DNA of 64,000 nucleotides from Octopus sinensis (GCF_006345805.1 NW_021833893.1:124001-188000); one strand, 5' to 3'; positions 26,049-39,872 are shown, numbered from the stretch's first letter. Numbers and translations are program-made. Notes: a model not told the origin generated them from the sequence alone.

Positions 26049-27297
26049 GAACACACACACACACACATATAATATATATCTATATATATATATATATATA
26101 TATATATTAATATATATAAACGTGCGTATATACATTTATATATAAATGTTTTCTACTCTCTTTTTGTATAAGTGGAAGTCATTTGGTCACTGGAGATAAA
26201 GTCTGAGAACTGTCATGCTTATGACAGTTATTGAGCCAGAAAAACGTCTCCACGTTTGTTCTCTTATCTCCAGATAATAATCCTGTCTTTTTTTCTCTTA
26301 ACTTTGGACAATTCTTGCTTCTTGAGATTATCTTCCCTTCTGAAGTGTAGCTAGTTTTAGCTGTCATTCGGTAATTATGATACATCTTCTAGAGGCGGAA
26401 ATGATTTTAATAAAACAAAAATGTTATATAGTGTTTTAGATAATTGTATCTGTCTATGTTGCTCAAACATGTCACTGGTCCTCAGAGATATTTCTCTTTG
26501 CTAATATTTGTTTAAGTTATACACACACACATGCATGTGCGCACGCTCACGTATAAGCATATACATACATACAAATGTGAGAAACTGTATGTGTATATAT
26601 GTAGGTTGTACACTTGCATACGCACAGAAACGTGCACCCGCACCATATATGCACGAATATATGCATGCATAAATGCTATATATATATATGTGAATATGTA
26701 TGAGTGAGCAGTTTTAGATGTGTGCGTGTGTGCGGGCATAAGAATGCATATATATATATAGACGTTTTTACTTAGTATTTTTCCATTTTTTAGGGTTTTT
26801 TTTGGGGGGGGGGGGGGCATATGTATATTCATTTTTTGTATATGCGCGTGTGTGTATGCGTATATAAACATATGCGAGTATGTACATATATGGGCGTGTG
26901 TGTGTATGAGTGCATAAGGGCATGTCCGTATATGAACGTGGTTTTTATGCTTTGTATACTTCCTTATGTTTTTTTCTGTTACGTTTAACCATGGTTTTTC
27001 TTGTGCTTGTGCGTATATAGACGTATGTATGAACTTTTACGGTACGCGTGTGTGTGTGTATGAGTTTGTATATATATGCGTATATATTTGGCGAAAAATG
27101 CGAGTGAAGATGTGTACGTTTTCATAGTGACGTATAAGTACGCACGTGGGTCCGCGAGCGCACATGTGAGCGTATGACTAGCCATGTTTACGTGTTTACT
27201 ATGAACTTTTAATCTTATTTTATATAAGTAGCAGAATTTTAACACAGTAATTTCCCTTTATATAACGGTATTTTTCATAGCGTTTTTCAGATGGCCA

Positions 27298-27358
27298 GAT
27301 AACCGAAGAGATGGTGTTGTGGATTTCCACTTCGGCATCTGAAACTCAGAGTTTTATC
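27298..27358 (+). ncRNA. Hammerhead motif with CCGAAGA core and extended stem II
   Basis: GATAA-CCGAAGA-GATG...GTGGATTTCCAC...CATCT-GAAA-CTC(A)GAG-TT-TTATC; perfect 5-bp stem I. Confidence 0.65.
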
Positions 27359-27457
27359 TTGACTATTGAGTAATTGTAACATATCATTTTATAGATAATT
27401 TTCCTTTTTTACATAATATTGAGGGTCTTTCTTTCTTTTGTTATCTTACCGTTTTTA

Positions 27458-27517
<60 letters not shown>

Positions 27518-28173
27518 ACACACACAAATATACATATATGAGTATATGTATGTAGTTATGTAATTATGTGTAATCATGTAGCGAAATGGGTATATACATA
27601 CTACGTTTACGTGTGTTTACATTTATGTATAAAATTCCTTGACCGCAAAACAAATAACATATTTGTGACAATTTATTCTCAAAAGTTAATTAGCAAAGTA
27701 ATTAATCAACTCTATTCTACTTTCGAGGTAACTCTTTCATGAAATAACAGGTTTTAGGAAGAAAGTATGAAACCTACGCCATATGTCAAAGTAAATGAAT
27801 GCCTCTTTACATGTGAATGTCTGAATATGTATGTATGCATACGAGCATATATAACACACACAAACGCGTTTATACACACAAGTACACACATTTATATATC
27901 AAGATGAATCAAATGTCCTTCCGAGCCATAAACTCACAAGGCAGTTTTCCTGGATTCTGTAACCTATATAATCTCTCCCTCCCTCTACATGGACAGAACT
28001 CGATCGAACGCAGGATTTTCATTTTTACCGGCTGATTGGACTTGAAAAGTGAAGTGTTTTGCTCAAAAATACAACGCATCGCCCGGTCCGGTAATCGAAA
28101 CTACATTCATATGGTTATGAGTGCTACACTCTAACCTCAAAGCCACGCGCCACGCGCCTCGACTCTCTATCTC

Positions 28174-28260
<87 letters not shown>

Positions 28261-28496
28261 GTCTATCTATCGATCGATTGATTTATCTATCTATACATGT
28301 ACACGCACACGCACATACACACACATACAGAAACACGCGCAAACACACAGACACACATACACACACAGACACACATAGGAAGGACATAGACCACTGATGA
28401 TCTAAACTAATAGGTACGCTGAGTGAGTGCTGCAATTGGTAAGCTACTAGGATCCAAGTTGGGGATCCGTAGCCTATTTCCGAGTCACCGGGTATA

Positions 28497-28915
28497 AATT
28501 AAAAGAAGAGGAAAACAAAACCAAGTCAGGACAAGTATAACAGATCATTTAAATTATTCTAATTATTATAAATGTTAATCGTGGTAAGCAAAAGTAAATA
28601 ATGTCTTACAGCTGTTTCTGGGATATCCCAAGTAATGGATCAATATATTGATCCACGTTTCCGTATACTGGGTATTCCGTCATCGGAAATGTGGATCAAC
28701 ACATTGATCTATTACCTGTGCTGCTCTACATTTTCATATATTGGGTATTCTGTCATCAGAAATCTGGATCAACACACTGACCATTACAAGAAACAGCTGT
28801 AAGACATTATTATTTACTTTTGCTTACTTCGATTTACCATTATAATAATTAAAATAATTTAAATGATCTGATAAGCTTGTTCTGCCTTGGTTTTGTTTTT
28901 CCCTTTCTTTAATTC
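28497..28915. repeat. PLE pLTR-like fold-back with ~125-bp inverted arms
   Basis: 28497-28620 is inverted relative to 28790-28915; both arms carry GAAACAGCTGTAAGAC; internal tandem atcaacac/gggtattc units. Confidence 0.75.
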
Positions 28916-28931
28916 ATATGTATATATATTA

Positions 28932-29088
28932 TAGGTGCAGCGTGGCTGTGTGGTAAGAAGCTAGCTTCCCAATCACGTGGTTTCAGGTTCAGTTCCACTT
29001 CGTGGAATCTTGGGCAAGTGTCTTCTACTATAGCCGACCAAATCCTTGCGAGTGGATTTGGTAGACGGAAACTGAAAAGAAGCCCGTC
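28932..29088 (+). mobile_element. SINE family A, 5' half
   Basis: ggtgcagcgtggctgtgtggtaagaagc...gacggaaactgaaaagaagcccgtc. Confidence 0.85.
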
Positions 29089-29109
29089 ATATATATATAT
29101 ATATATTAA

Positions 29110-30200
29110 TAGTAATGGTATGACAACAAAAGAATGAATGAAACCTCGATATTATGTAAATAGAGGAATTTATCTATAATATAATATGAACAATTATTTA
29201 GTTGCCATAATAAAACTTCGAGTTTCGGATGTCGGGGCGGAAATCTGTCTCCAGCATCTCGCCAGTTATTTAGGCAATCAAAAATTGCTCATCTGGAAAA
29301 GCAGCTTAAATTCAAAAACTGAACTTTTTCGACAATGTCCACATATTGCTAAATATTTGTTACGTTTTTGGTCCCCACAAAATCACAGATAGAACCTGCT
29401 TTTTATATTGTGTCCACGTACAACCATTTTATCTATATATATTTTATATTTTTTTTACATATTTTTACATATATTTTTATACATTTTTATTGCTTTATAT
29501 ATTTTTACATATGTTTTCTGTATTTTACCTTTCACCTTACATTTTTCATGTGCATGTGCGTATTTAGACGTGTATATAAACATATTTGTACGCGTATGGG
29601 TATATATACGTGTGAGTGTGTGCGGGTATGTATGTGGGTGTATGTGCATGTTTCACGCGAGTGTGAGTCAGCATATGCATATATATGACATGTGCGCATT
29701 TAGATGTGCATATGAATATAATTGTGAGCGTATGGGCATGTGCACGTGTGTGTGTATGTGCGTGTGCGCGGATATGTATATGTGTACATGTGTATGGTTG
29801 CATATATATATGTGCACATATATGCGTATGGGTATGCATGTATGCGTTTCACGCGAGTGTGAGCGAGCATATGCATATAGGCACATGTACGTGGGTGTGC
29901 GTGCGCGTATGTGTATGTATGTACATACGCGCATACACGAATTCTCTGAACGTTTTTACTCTTTTACGGTTTTACTTTCTCCCCTTCGGGGTTTTTCCCT
30001 TAATTTAAGGGTCATTCTTATAGCACTTTTGTTTGTCTTAATAGCGGTTATTTACATAGTAATTTCCCTTTGTTCAACGGTCATTTTCATAGCATTCTTG
30101 ATTGTCTTGATAACTGACGAGATGCCAGGGCAGATTTCCGCCCCGACTTTCGAAACTCGAAGTTTTATGGCAACCGAATAATTGTCTCATTTATATTACA
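29110..30200. mobile_element. Non-coding PLE-derived element bounded by inverted hammerhead-bearing pLTRs
   Basis: 29209-29270(-) AATAA-CTGGCGA-GATG...CATCC-GAAA-CTCGAAG-TT-TTATT and 30109-30169(+) GATAA-CTGACGA-GATG...GAAA-CTCGAAG-TT-TTATG. Confidence 0.75.
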
Positions 30201-30310
30201 CACGTACACACAATATATATGTATGTATATATATATGTATGTATATATATATAACACAAATATATATATATATATATATATATATCTATATATATATATA
30301 TATATATATA

Positions 30311-30688
30311 ACGGGAAGCTTTATGAAAATAAACAAAAGACGAAGGCAGGTGGAAAACAAACGAACAATTGTATTAGTATGGCCGCTCAGGAAATATAAA
30401 TAAAACAAGTCTTTAACGTTTCGAGCCTACGCTCTTCAACAGAAGAAAGATACACAGAGAGAGAAAAACACAGAAAGAAGGAGAGAAAAAAAATGCGTGC
30501 AGTAGCTAACGAATCAACATGGCGATCTGATTTCGGCCAGAGGTCAAAGATCAAACATGAGATGCGAGAGCGAAATAAGAGGAGATAATAGGGTTGATAA
30601 ATGGTTGAGGGACCAGCTAAAAGTGCGTGGGAGGGGTCTGGATGTGTGTATGTATAGGGTTGGTGTATGTATTAGTATGTATAAGGGT

Positions 30689-30720
<32 letters not shown>

Positions 30721-33700
30721 AGAGAGTATTAGTGCGTAAGATTGGTCTGGACATGCGTATGTATGGGGTGGTGTATGTATTAGTATGTATTAGTATGTAT
30801 TAGTACGTATTGTATGATAGGTGTGTGTGTGTGTGTGAGAGAGTATAAGTGCGTATGCGGGGTCTGGAGTGTGTGTATGTATAGGGTGGTGAGTATTAGT
30901 ATGTACTAGTATGTATTAGTACGTATTAGTATGTATTAGTTGGTGTGTGTATTAGTATGGCACATCATATGTGATGTGATGTGTAAAGTCATGTGGTTGT
31001 AGTGAGGAGAAGAGGGGGGGGGGAGAAGAGGGGGGAGAAGAGGGGGAGGGGGGAAGAGGGGGGGAGAGAAGGGGAGGGGAAGAGAAGAGGGGGAGGAGAA
31101 GAGGGAAGAGGAGAGGAAGGGGGAGAAGGAAGGGGAGGAGGAGGCGATGAGGAGGAAAGAGGAGAGGGGGGAGAGGGAGAGTGAGGGAGCAGAGGGAAGG
31201 GGAAGAGGGGAGGGAGAAAGAGGGAAGAAGGGAAGGCGAGTAGGGGTGAAAGGATGAAGGACTGAAGAAGTAGGGGTCGGGGGGAGAAGGATAGGTGAGG
31301 AGGTGGGAGAGGGGGGTTAGATGAGGAGGGGGGGAGAGTTGAGACCAAATGGCGTATAAAGAGCGAAGAGAGAAGATTAATTCCTGTTCACGGCGCAAAC
31401 GGGAATCCGGATGGCCTCTGTGTAAGGACAAACCGAACACAGATAGGTGTTGCAAGGAGTGACGGTGGAGCGGAATGGCGTGAGACGGTGTGTGTCGTCG
31501 CAAGGTGGATGTCACGAAGGTGTTCCGCGAACCGGTCAGCCAAGCGGCGTCCCGTTGTCCGATGTACAAGGAATTGCAGAGAGAGCAAGAGATGCAATAG
31601 ATAATATTGCTGGAGGTGCAGGTGAAGGAGTGGATGATGGGATAGGTCGATGGTGGGTGCTAGTGAGGCGGGGGGGTGGTGTTGGAGAGGTAAGGGCAAG
31701 TGCGGGCAAACGTGGGCGGGAGCAGGGGAACGAGCCGGGTTGGGAGGTAGGGTCAGGGAGGAGCTATGTACCAAAAGGTCTCGAAGGTTGTGGGCTCGTT
31801 TGAAAGAGGGGAGGGGTCGGTTAGGGAAGAGGTGTGAAGTGGACGGGTCGGACTGGAGATGACGGAAAGCTCGAAGAATGGTGCGTTGGAGACGTAGGGT
31901 CGTGGGGTGGTAAGTGAGGGGAGAAGGGAGGCGGGAGACTACAGGGCGGGTCGGGGAGAGAGAGCAGATACACGGTCCACGGACCGTGCTCTGGCAAGGG
32001 CGGTGTGGATAGTGGTGAGGGGGTATCCACGTAGGTGAAGTGGTGAGCCATACGTTGAGACTGAGTCTCAAAGTCATGGTCGTCACTACAGAGCCTACGT
32101 AGACGGAGGAAGGAATTGGGAATAGGGGATGGAAAGCTTGTGTGTTCTGGGTGGGAGGAAGAGAAGTTGAGGTATGAGTGTGAGTCTGTGTGTTGTAGTG
32201 AATGGAGGTGGTAAGAGTGGAGTGAAGAATGCTAACCGAAATGTCGAGGAAGGAGACAGAGGTGTTGGAGATAGTGGAAGTGAAGTGGAGGGCTGGATGG
32301 AAAGATTGGACGAAAGAGAGGAAGGAATCTAGATGTTCGGCGAGGAGAGTGAGGTGGCACCGATAATGTCGTCAATATAACGACCATATTGTTCAGGAGT
32401 GGGACCAGTGAATTAGAGAATATTTGGGCCTCAACATAGCCAACGAACAGGTTCGCATAGTTGGGGCCCATTCGCGTTCCCATGGCCACTCCCGAGACCT
32501 GATGGTAGAACTCGCCCGCGAACGAGAAGCAGTTCAGAGTAAGGACAAGTTCGGCCAGACGAATGAGTGTGGAGGTGTAGGTACAGGGTTAGAGGGAGGT
32601 CAAGAAAGTGTCGAAGGGCCTGCAGTCCTTCGTGGTGAGGGATAACAGTATAGAGGCTTCGGATGTCCATAGTAAAAAGGATTTTGGAGGAGCCGGAGGG
32701 AAGGAGAAAGAGTTGAAAAAGCCGGAGAGCATGGTTGGTATCGTGGATGTGGGAGGGAAGAGATGCCACTAGGGGGGCAAGGACACGGTCGAGGTATTTA
32801 GAGATGAGCTCCGTGGGGCAGTTACAGGCGGAGACGATGGGGCGGCCAGGGTTGTTGGGTTTGTGGATTTTGGGGAGGAAGTAAATGGTGGGGGTACGTG
32901 GGGTTCGCCACAATTAGGTTGGATGCGGTGCGGGGGAGACGGGAGGACGAGATGAGGTCTTGGAGGTAGAGGATACCGTCTGTTGGTAGCTACGTGTGGG
33001 GTTAGAGGCAGAGGGGAATAGAAGGAGGTGTCATTGAGTTGGCGGAAAGCCTCGGCCCTATAGAGGTCCGCGCGCCACACCACTACAGCTCCACCCTTGT
33101 CAGCCGGTTTGATGATAATGTCAGCGCGCCGTTGGAGGGAACGAAGAGCCAAGAGCTCAGCCGGGGAGATGTTGAGGCGGCGTTGGCGCCTGGAGAAGTT
33201 GAACCGCTCCAAAGCACGCTGACAAGCGCCCGCGAAAAGATCCACTGCTAGGATCTGGCCAGGGGCAGGCGTCCACGGGGATGGTCGGCGGCCCAGGCCA
33301 GTGAAGCAGTCATCCTCTTCGTGGGGTGTGGGTGGCGAGTCGTGGTAATGCGCACCCAACCGGACACGGCGCACAAAGCTGTGGACATCAACTCGCGTCT
33401 GGAATTCCTTACAGGATGGAGTGAGGGGGATGAAACGCAGACCCCTACCAAGGACGGAGCGTTCAGCCGCAGAGAGGGGAAGATCGGGGGGAATGGTAAC
33501 AACAGACGGAAGTGGAGAAGGGGTGGGTGGAATAGAAGTAGGAGGGGTGGTGGTAGGTCTCGTGGAGGTCTGAGGGGGAGGGATTGGGGAGGGGTGTGGG
33601 GGTGGTTGGGCGGGGCAGTAGGGTTAGGTGTAGGTGGATGGAGCCTAACGGGAGGGGAGAAGGGGTTGTAGGGAGGGGCAGTGGGGTTAGGTGTGGGTGG

Positions 33701-34276
33701 ATGGAGCCTATCGGGAGGGGAGAAGGGTTGTGGAGGAGTTGGGGTAGTGGCGTCGGGTAGGGTGGAATGGAAGAGTGATTGGAGTTTACGAAGTTTGGTA
33801 TCAGAAAGAAATTGATGGAAGAGTTGATTCAAATGGATAATGAAGCGTAGTGTTTGGAGCATAGAGAGGCGGCAGAGAGGAGAAGAAGGTGGAGAAAGCA
33901 GGAGGAAGAAGGCGGTTGATGGCATGTAGTTTGGAGAGATTGGAGCGAATGGTGGCCCGCATAAGGCGGGTAAGATGTGGTGCGGAGTATGGGTAAGATG
34001 GAAGAATCCGAGTGGAGAGCAGGTGGAAGTGGAGGCGGAAACCTTTAGGGATGAGTCGGTGATGTAGGCAGCGGCTTAGGAAAGAGACATGGCTAGAGAA
34101 GCGGGTTTTTTAAAAAGAAGTAGAGAGAGATTAACGGACGGCTGAAGGCAATATACAGGAAGCGAACGTAGATGATCCTTCAAACGGTTATGGAGGGTGA
34201 GGAGGTAGGACCTAGGATCCGGCATGATGGGATAGCGGAAAAAAAACGTTCGAAAAAACAAAAAAAACAAAAAAAA

Positions 34277-34309
<33 letters not shown>

Positions 34310-35640
34310 AAAAAAAATTATCGTATGAAAAAAATAGAAAAAAAAAGGATAGCGAAAAAAGGGGAAAAAACAAACGTTCAAAAAAAACAAAAAAATAATA
34401 ATCGTATGAAAAAACTAGATAAGTAAGCGATAGGGGCAGAAAAGACGGGGCAAACGGAAAAGGGAAAGAAAGAAGGGAAGCAGAGAGAGGGGAGGCAAAA
34501 AAAGGGGGGGTGCAGGCAGAGGAAACGGAGTATGGACATCCAGAGAGGGAAGAAAGACGGAAAGGAGAACAAAAATTCAGGAAAATGTGGGAAGCATGAA
34601 ATGAATGTAAAAAAAAGTGGTAATATAAGAGAAAATAAAAATATAACAAACGGGACAGTTTATGCGAACAAGTTCAAGGTGGAAAGTTCAAGGTGAGAAA
34701 TGTGTAGACGTCGTGGTATATTTTTTAAGGATTTCACATCAATGCAAAGTCACTTTGATCCGCGAAAGAGAGGTGCAGCGATGGTAAGTATCCAAGAGGT
34801 AAAGAAAATCCAAGGTAGAGGTAAGTGTTGATAGTGGTATTGGTAGAATATAGGATGAAAGTGAGACCACGTGAGCGCATAATATATAACGGGAAGCTTA
34901 TGAAAATAGACAAAAGACGAAGGCAGGTGGAAAACAAACGAACAATTGTATTAGTATGGCGCTCAGGAAATATAAATAAAACAAGTCTTTAACGTTTCGA
35001 GCCTACGCTCTTCAACAGAAAGATACACAGAGAGAGAAAAACACAGAAAGAAGGAGAGAAAAAAAATGCGTGCAGTAGCTAACGAATCAACATGGCGATC
35101 TGATTTCGGCCAGAGGTCAAAGATCAAACATGAGATGCGAGAGCGAAATAAGGGGAGATAATAGGGTTGATAAATGGGTTGAGGACCAGCTAAAAGTGCG
35201 TGGGAGGGGTCTGGATGTGTGTATGTATAGGTTGGTGTATGTATTAGTATGTATAAGGGTGTTGTGTGTGTGTGTGTGGTGTGTGTGTGTATGAGAGAGT
35301 ATTAGTGCGTAAGATTGGTCTGGACATGCGTATGTATGGGGTTGGTGTATGTATTAGTATGTATTAGTATGTATTAGTACGTATTGGTATGTATAGGTAT
35401 GTGTGTGTGTGTGGTGTGAGAGAGTATAAGTGCGTATGCGGGGTCTGGACGTGTGTATGTATAGGGTTGGTGTAAGTATTAGTATGTACTAGTATGTATT
35501 AGTACGTATTAGTATGTATTAGTTGGTGTGTGTATTAGTATGGCACATCATATGTGATGTGATGTGTAAAGTCATGTGGTGTAGTGAGGAGAAGAGGGGG
35601 AGGGGGAGAAGAGGGGGAGAAGAGGGGGAGGGGGAAGAGG
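30311..35640 (-). mobile_element. Near full-length Penelope-like retroelement (Neptune-like) with ~730-bp direct pseudo-LTRs
   Basis: 30311-31040 and 34889-35640 are near-identical direct repeats flanking an RT + GIY-YIG ORF. Each repeat has ttgaagagcgtaggctcGAAACGTT (hammerhead-like). Confidence 0.93.
31317..34225 (-). CDS. PLE reverse transcriptase / GIY-YIG endonuclease ORF, broken by many 1-bp indels
   Basis: IIKPADKGGAVVVW, YFLPKIHKPNNPGRPIVS, TMDIRSLYTVIP, AMGTRMGPNYANLF, YGRYIDDII, SFLDI, NIIYCISCSLC..YIGQ/TGRRLADRFAEH, REQELIF..PFGLN. Confidence 0.92.
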
Positions 35641-35686
35641 ATATATATTGATCAAAATAAAATAAAAACATGATGCGAAGGATTCA

Positions 35687-35764
35687 GCGGTACATATGTT
35701 TCGGGCCTTTATTAGACAGATTTATAACAATGCATAATGTATGTCTGTGGCCTTCTTCAGCCGC
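35687..35764 (-). ncRNA. Type I hammerhead ribozyme with intact core and long stem II
   Basis: GCGG-CTGAAGA-AGGCC(acagac...tctgt)GGCCC-GAAA-CATATG-TA-CCGC; perfect stem I, palindromic ACATATGT stem III, GUA site. Confidence 0.8.
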
Positions 35765-37613
35765 GCACAACAGCTTCCACAAGGACATGTGTTACATCAA
35801 AAATTCTTGGTTGGGGATGCAAATCCTCTCATTCACGTACGACATAATGCGGCAGCAGCATAGAATTGAAGCGTCCATCTCTTTCTTCTCTCAATGTAGA
35901 ATGAGGAAAATTGGATGTTGAGGTAATGTAAATAAATAATAAATACATATATAGAGGTGAAGATGGAGGGGCGAGAGTTCGGGACGAGGGATAAAAAATG
36001 TATAAAAAGTGTAAGTATAGAATAATATAAAAATGTAGAGGATAAAGATATAAAGAGTTGTAAGGAGATGTAAAGGGGGTATAAAGAAATATAAAGAAAT
36101 ATAAATAAATGTAAGGCATAAGGTTATAAAGTAAAAATAGAAATAGAAATAAAAGTAAAAAAAACCTGATAAAACCATGATAAAAGTGTAAAAGAATGTA
36201 AAGATAAGGGATGTATAGAGGTTACGGACCAAGCATGGTGGTCAGGAGATTGATAAAATTTAGTTGTAGAATTGTCAGTAAGTCAACAGTTTCGTCTGGG
36301 GACTTAATGCGTTGTAAATCAGAGCTGATGAGCATTTAATCTGGTTCCTTGAATTAAATGGACTTCTAGTACATACATATCATCATGGATACATACACCC
36401 ACATACACGCGGTACATATACGCCTCCAAGCCTATAAGCATACACATGCACTCGCGCGCGTAAACACGTACATAAACACACACGCACCCACACGCACGCG
36501 CGCACACCACACATACATACAACAGAATATCCGCATATATACACGGACATTACGCGCGTACACGCTCACATGTATATACGCGCGCCCATCACTACATACA
36601 CACACGTATATGCCCACGCCTCTAGGTCCAGGTATAAGATATTAAAGGATGTGTATAAGAACGTAAGTAAAGAATCCCGTACTCATGTCAACATGCGCAC
36701 GCACACACGGCTGTGTGTCCGTATGTGCGTGCACATATACACTCATATACACACACAGAGAGACACACGCGCACACGGGTATAGCTATAAGATATCGAAG
36801 TATGCATGTACATATATGCGCGTGCATATGTATGTGTGCGTACACACACGTTCGCGGACGCTCGTATATTCAAAAGGTGGATCCATAGGTAAGTAAATAA
36901 ACATATATAGAGGTGTAAAGCGATAAGTTAGGGGTAAGAATGAGGGTAAGGGTAAAGATTAGAAATAAAAAATACAGTATAAAATAAGAAATACAATGTA
37001 ATAGTTAGAAATGAAGTATAAGAATTATAAAAATTATAAAGTTTAAGAGTTAAGGTAAGGGATGAAAATGAAAATGAGAATAAATGGAAGTAGAATAAAA
37101 GTAAAAATAAAATTAAAAATAAAAATAAAGGGAAGTAGGATAAAAGTAAAAATAAAAGTAAAAATAAAATAAAATAAAATAAGATAAAATAAGATAAAAT
37201 AAGATAAAATAAAATAAAATAAAATAAAATAAAATAAAATAAAATAAAATAAGATAAAATAAAATAGATAAAATAAAATAAAAATAATAAAATAAAATAA
37301 AAAAAGATAAAAATATAATTTTGTAAAGTTTAACATGAGATGAAGGTGGTTGAAAGTTAGAGGTGTGTGTTAAACGTAGGGGCGGGCGGGGGGAACTGAA
37401 AATTGGAAGGGTGGGAAGTGGAGTTTGGCGGTGTGCGTTCAACATCTGAGTTAGAATGTGAAAGGGTATAGATGTAGGGAATTAAAGAGACTACATAGGG
37501 AGGATATGGTGTAGGAGAGAGAAATATTTAGGGAAAAGAAGTCATATATGGGAGACAAAATTTGTATATATAGGGGGAAAATGCAGGGAACCGTATATGC
37601 ACATACACACAAC

Positions 37614-37647
<34 letters not shown>

Positions 37648-37698
37648 TGTATATATATATGTATGTGTACACATACGTACACGTATGTGCACATACAT

Positions 37699-37736
<38 letters not shown>

Positions 37737-37821
37737 ACGCACATATAGGAAAGCGGGATGTGCTGGAGCCGACAGGTTGCACCGGGTGGGAGGAAATTGC
37801 ACGGGGGAGTTGGTATAAGAC

Positions 37822-38253
37822 CTAAGCATTGTAGTATTTGAAAGTATTAATAAGTTTATGTATACAGGATGGTTTGAACTCTGACCTTTTGTTAATAAGA
37901 TTGTGTTTGTCTTGGAATTTCAAGATGTTCAGGAGTTCTACACAGCATAGTTGGCATCCTGCTCTATTATTTAAATAAGGTGCAGCTGATCCGATGATGG
38001 ACCATCTGAGTTTGAAGTCTATGCATTTGTCTTTTAATTCCCAAATTCTTTTAGAGAGGGAGGTGCTGTTAGCCTTATGTCTGTGTCTCAGCGAGGACCG
38101 GTGGTTGTAGTATCTGGATTTCCAGGAGGTTGAGCAACCAATATAGGTGAGTGTGTTAAACTGAGTACTCACCTCACATGAGTATATTACGTTTTTCGCC
38201 CTACATGCGCCCTGCAGCGGGCACTCTGATGCACATCTGCAGTTGCATTGCAT
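37822..38253 (-). CDS. GIY-YIG endonuclease domain of a PLE, open frame
   Basis: CNCRCASECPLQGACRAKNVIYSCEV...TYIGCSTSWKSRYYNH...TSLSKRIWELK...CQLCCVE...LINKRSE...SCIH. Confidence 0.88.
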   Translation of the reverse strand: MQCNCRCASECPLQGACRAKNVIYSCEVSTQFNTLTYIGCSTSWKSRYYNHRSSLRHRHKANSTSLSKRIWELKDKCIDFKLRWSIIGSAAPYLNNRAGCQLCCVELLNILKFQDKHNLINKRSEFKPSCIHKLINTFKYYNA

Positions 38254-38872
38254 TGCATTATTCGGTCGTGTGCTGCTAATCCCAGACGGAGGTGTTGCAA
38301 TACGAGTGGGGGCGTTGGTATCCTCCTGGTTGTTGATGGGTTTGTAGTATTCCTCTGTTGTGTGTGTTGGCGGGTGTTATTACTAACTGTTTGGGTAGTA
38401 TGGCTGCCAGTCTGGTTATATTGTCTACTGTCTAGATGAGGGGGGTTCTGTTGGTCGCTATGGTTTGCTCTTGATCTAGCTGTTCTAATATTAATATAGT
38501 TATGTTTAGCTATGAGGCAGCTCATGTTGGGCAGGGTAGAGTAGGAAATCCTAATAGTTTTGTTGGAGAAGATACTTCTATACTTGTGGGTGGGTGGGAA
38601 GTTGTTGGAAATTATAGAGAATATTCTCTTACAAACTTACCCCTAACTGCTAAGTTGAAAGGTATGTTGAACCATATATATTTGCGTAATCTACTATTAT
38701 CCCTTCTATTTCTCCTAATAGGATCTATATTGCTCTCGTCGGGAGGGTTACTATTGTGTGCTGTTCTATTAGTTCGCCTATTTCCTATACGTTGTTTGGA
38801 GTTTAAATTAGAATTATCGCTAGTGTGAGTGAGTGCTGAGTTCGATTATAATTGGGAGTCTTATATATATAT

Positions 38873-39495
<623 letters not shown>

Positions 39496-39539
39496 AAGAT
39501 TTTATATATATATAATATATATACATATATATATATATA

Positions 39540-39858
39540 AACTGTACTTGGAGAAGAAGAAACGAAACGAAACGAAACGAATCGAATCGAATCAACGCGA
39601 GGGCGCTCAGACATACAATAGTGTAATGAATAAAATATATGTATACATACATACATATATGTACGTACCTACATCTACATGTATATATACATGCATATAT
39701 AAATATTAATACGTGAGTACAGGACACCACAAATAGACGTAGAACTCAACGAGAAACGAAAACGTAAAAACAAGCATGGAACGGACCATTTTTTTACAAC
39801 GAAAAAACAGAGTACAAGACAAACTACACAAGGAAAAATCCCCTTCATCAGCTGTCCC
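39540..39858 (-). repeat. Interspersed repeat, inverted partner of 41775-42092; related pieces at 13605-13750 and 21040-21266
   Basis: Shared (aacga)n/(atcga)n, gtgtcctgtact and ctgatgaaggg motifs. Confidence 0.7.
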
Positions 39859-39872
39859 TGTATATATATATA

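Larger units (their letters stand above)
35650..38860 (-). mobile_element. 5'-truncated second Penelope-like element (WFNxPF / CxC...CPL endonuclease type, probably Naiad-like) with long 3' UTR
   Basis: KYIWFNIPFN...NFPPTHKYRSIFSNKTIRISYSTLPNM (38490-38690), GIY-YIG at 37822-38253, terminal hammerhead at 35687-35764. Clade name is inferred. Confidence 0.85.

Noticed and set aside
36320-36370. Hairpin ctgATGAgcatttaatc...gaattaaatgGA as a SECIS or hammerhead in the PLE 3' UTR
   Set aside because: AUGA/GA is on the strand opposite to the ORF, the loop lacks AA, no in-frame UGA was seen in the endonuclease, and GAAA is missing for a hammerhead.
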